Program-made: the position numbers and the translations under genes
The notes under the pieces: model-generated
Database searches by the model: none
Told to the model about the DNA's origin: nothing
The model's input: only the letters and a program-made list of their open reading frames with translations
From: Armatimonadota bacterium
GTDB lineage: Bacteria; Armatimonadota; Fimbriimonadia; Fimbriimonadales; Fimbriimonadaceae
Direction: 5' to 3'
Assembly: GCA_031400935.1 (NCBI GenBank)
Contig: JANNQV010000027.1
Location: 248,001 to 284,299 of the forward strand
Length of the DNA: 36,299 bases
Part shown: one piece after another, positions 36,012 to 36,299 of the stretch
Layout of the letters: each line of letters opens with the position of its first letter
Numbering within the stretch: position 1 is the first letter of the stretch

Positions 36012-36299
36012 GATTTAATCCAATACGCCGGAATGACCCGCGTGAACCCGTTCACCGGCCGCAACCGAACTATTGGAAACAAAGAACTTGACAAAGGTCA
36101 ATTCGGTGAATATCAGCCAACGGCCTACGCGCATGGCGCGGCAATGATGATTCCTCGACGGGTGCTGGAACAAGTCGGGCCGATGGACGAAGGCTTTTTC
36201 CTGTATTACGAAGAACTGGATTGGTGCGAGCGCATTCGGCGGGCTGGATACTTGATTTGGATAGAGCCGCGCGCCCGCGTGTATCACAAAGAAAGCCTG
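36012..36299 (+). pseudogene. Glycosyltransferase family 2 internal fragment lacking its N-terminal half (not in ORF track); runs off window end
   Basis: My translation: DLIQYAGMTRVNPFTGRNRTIG...TAYAHGAAMMIPRRVLEQVGPMDEGFFLYYEELDWCERIRRAGY...VYHKESL. Upstream in-frame TAG at 35928, with no GT2 N-terminus. Confidence 0.75.

Overview
Gene-dense bacterial chromosomal segment of roughly 50% GC with about 27 CDS. No rRNA, tRNA, CRISPR array, transposase or phage genes were recognised. The gene content (prepilin-type DUF1559-like protein, choice-of-anchor B protein, redoxin/cytochrome c pair) suggests Armatimonadota (Fimbriimonas-like) or a PVC-like organism; this is inference. The window holds a four-gene hydroxyproline catabolic operon (lhpC-lhpA-lhpB-lhpG-like), GH20, GH78 and GH95-like/DUF5703 glycosidases, icd, pruA, pspA, a C-terminal-half metH, a Tat amidase, a triple-domain amidohydrolase, an MNT-HEPN toxin-antitoxin pair, a TMEM175 channel and a headless GT2 fragment at the right end. 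The most unusual signals are: (1) many intergenic regions carry short tandem repeats (7-10 nt units, some telomere-like and G-quadruplex-capable) arranged as inverted arms; (2) a TANNNT box lies 5-8 nt upstream of many start codons, implying widespread leaderless mRNAs; (3) a heme-c/copper-monooxygenase-fold protein has lost most of its Cu ligands; (4) metH is split, with a structured upstream region; (5) a circularly permuted LamG domain is inserted in a glycosidase. All calls come from motif recognition by eye; no searches were run.
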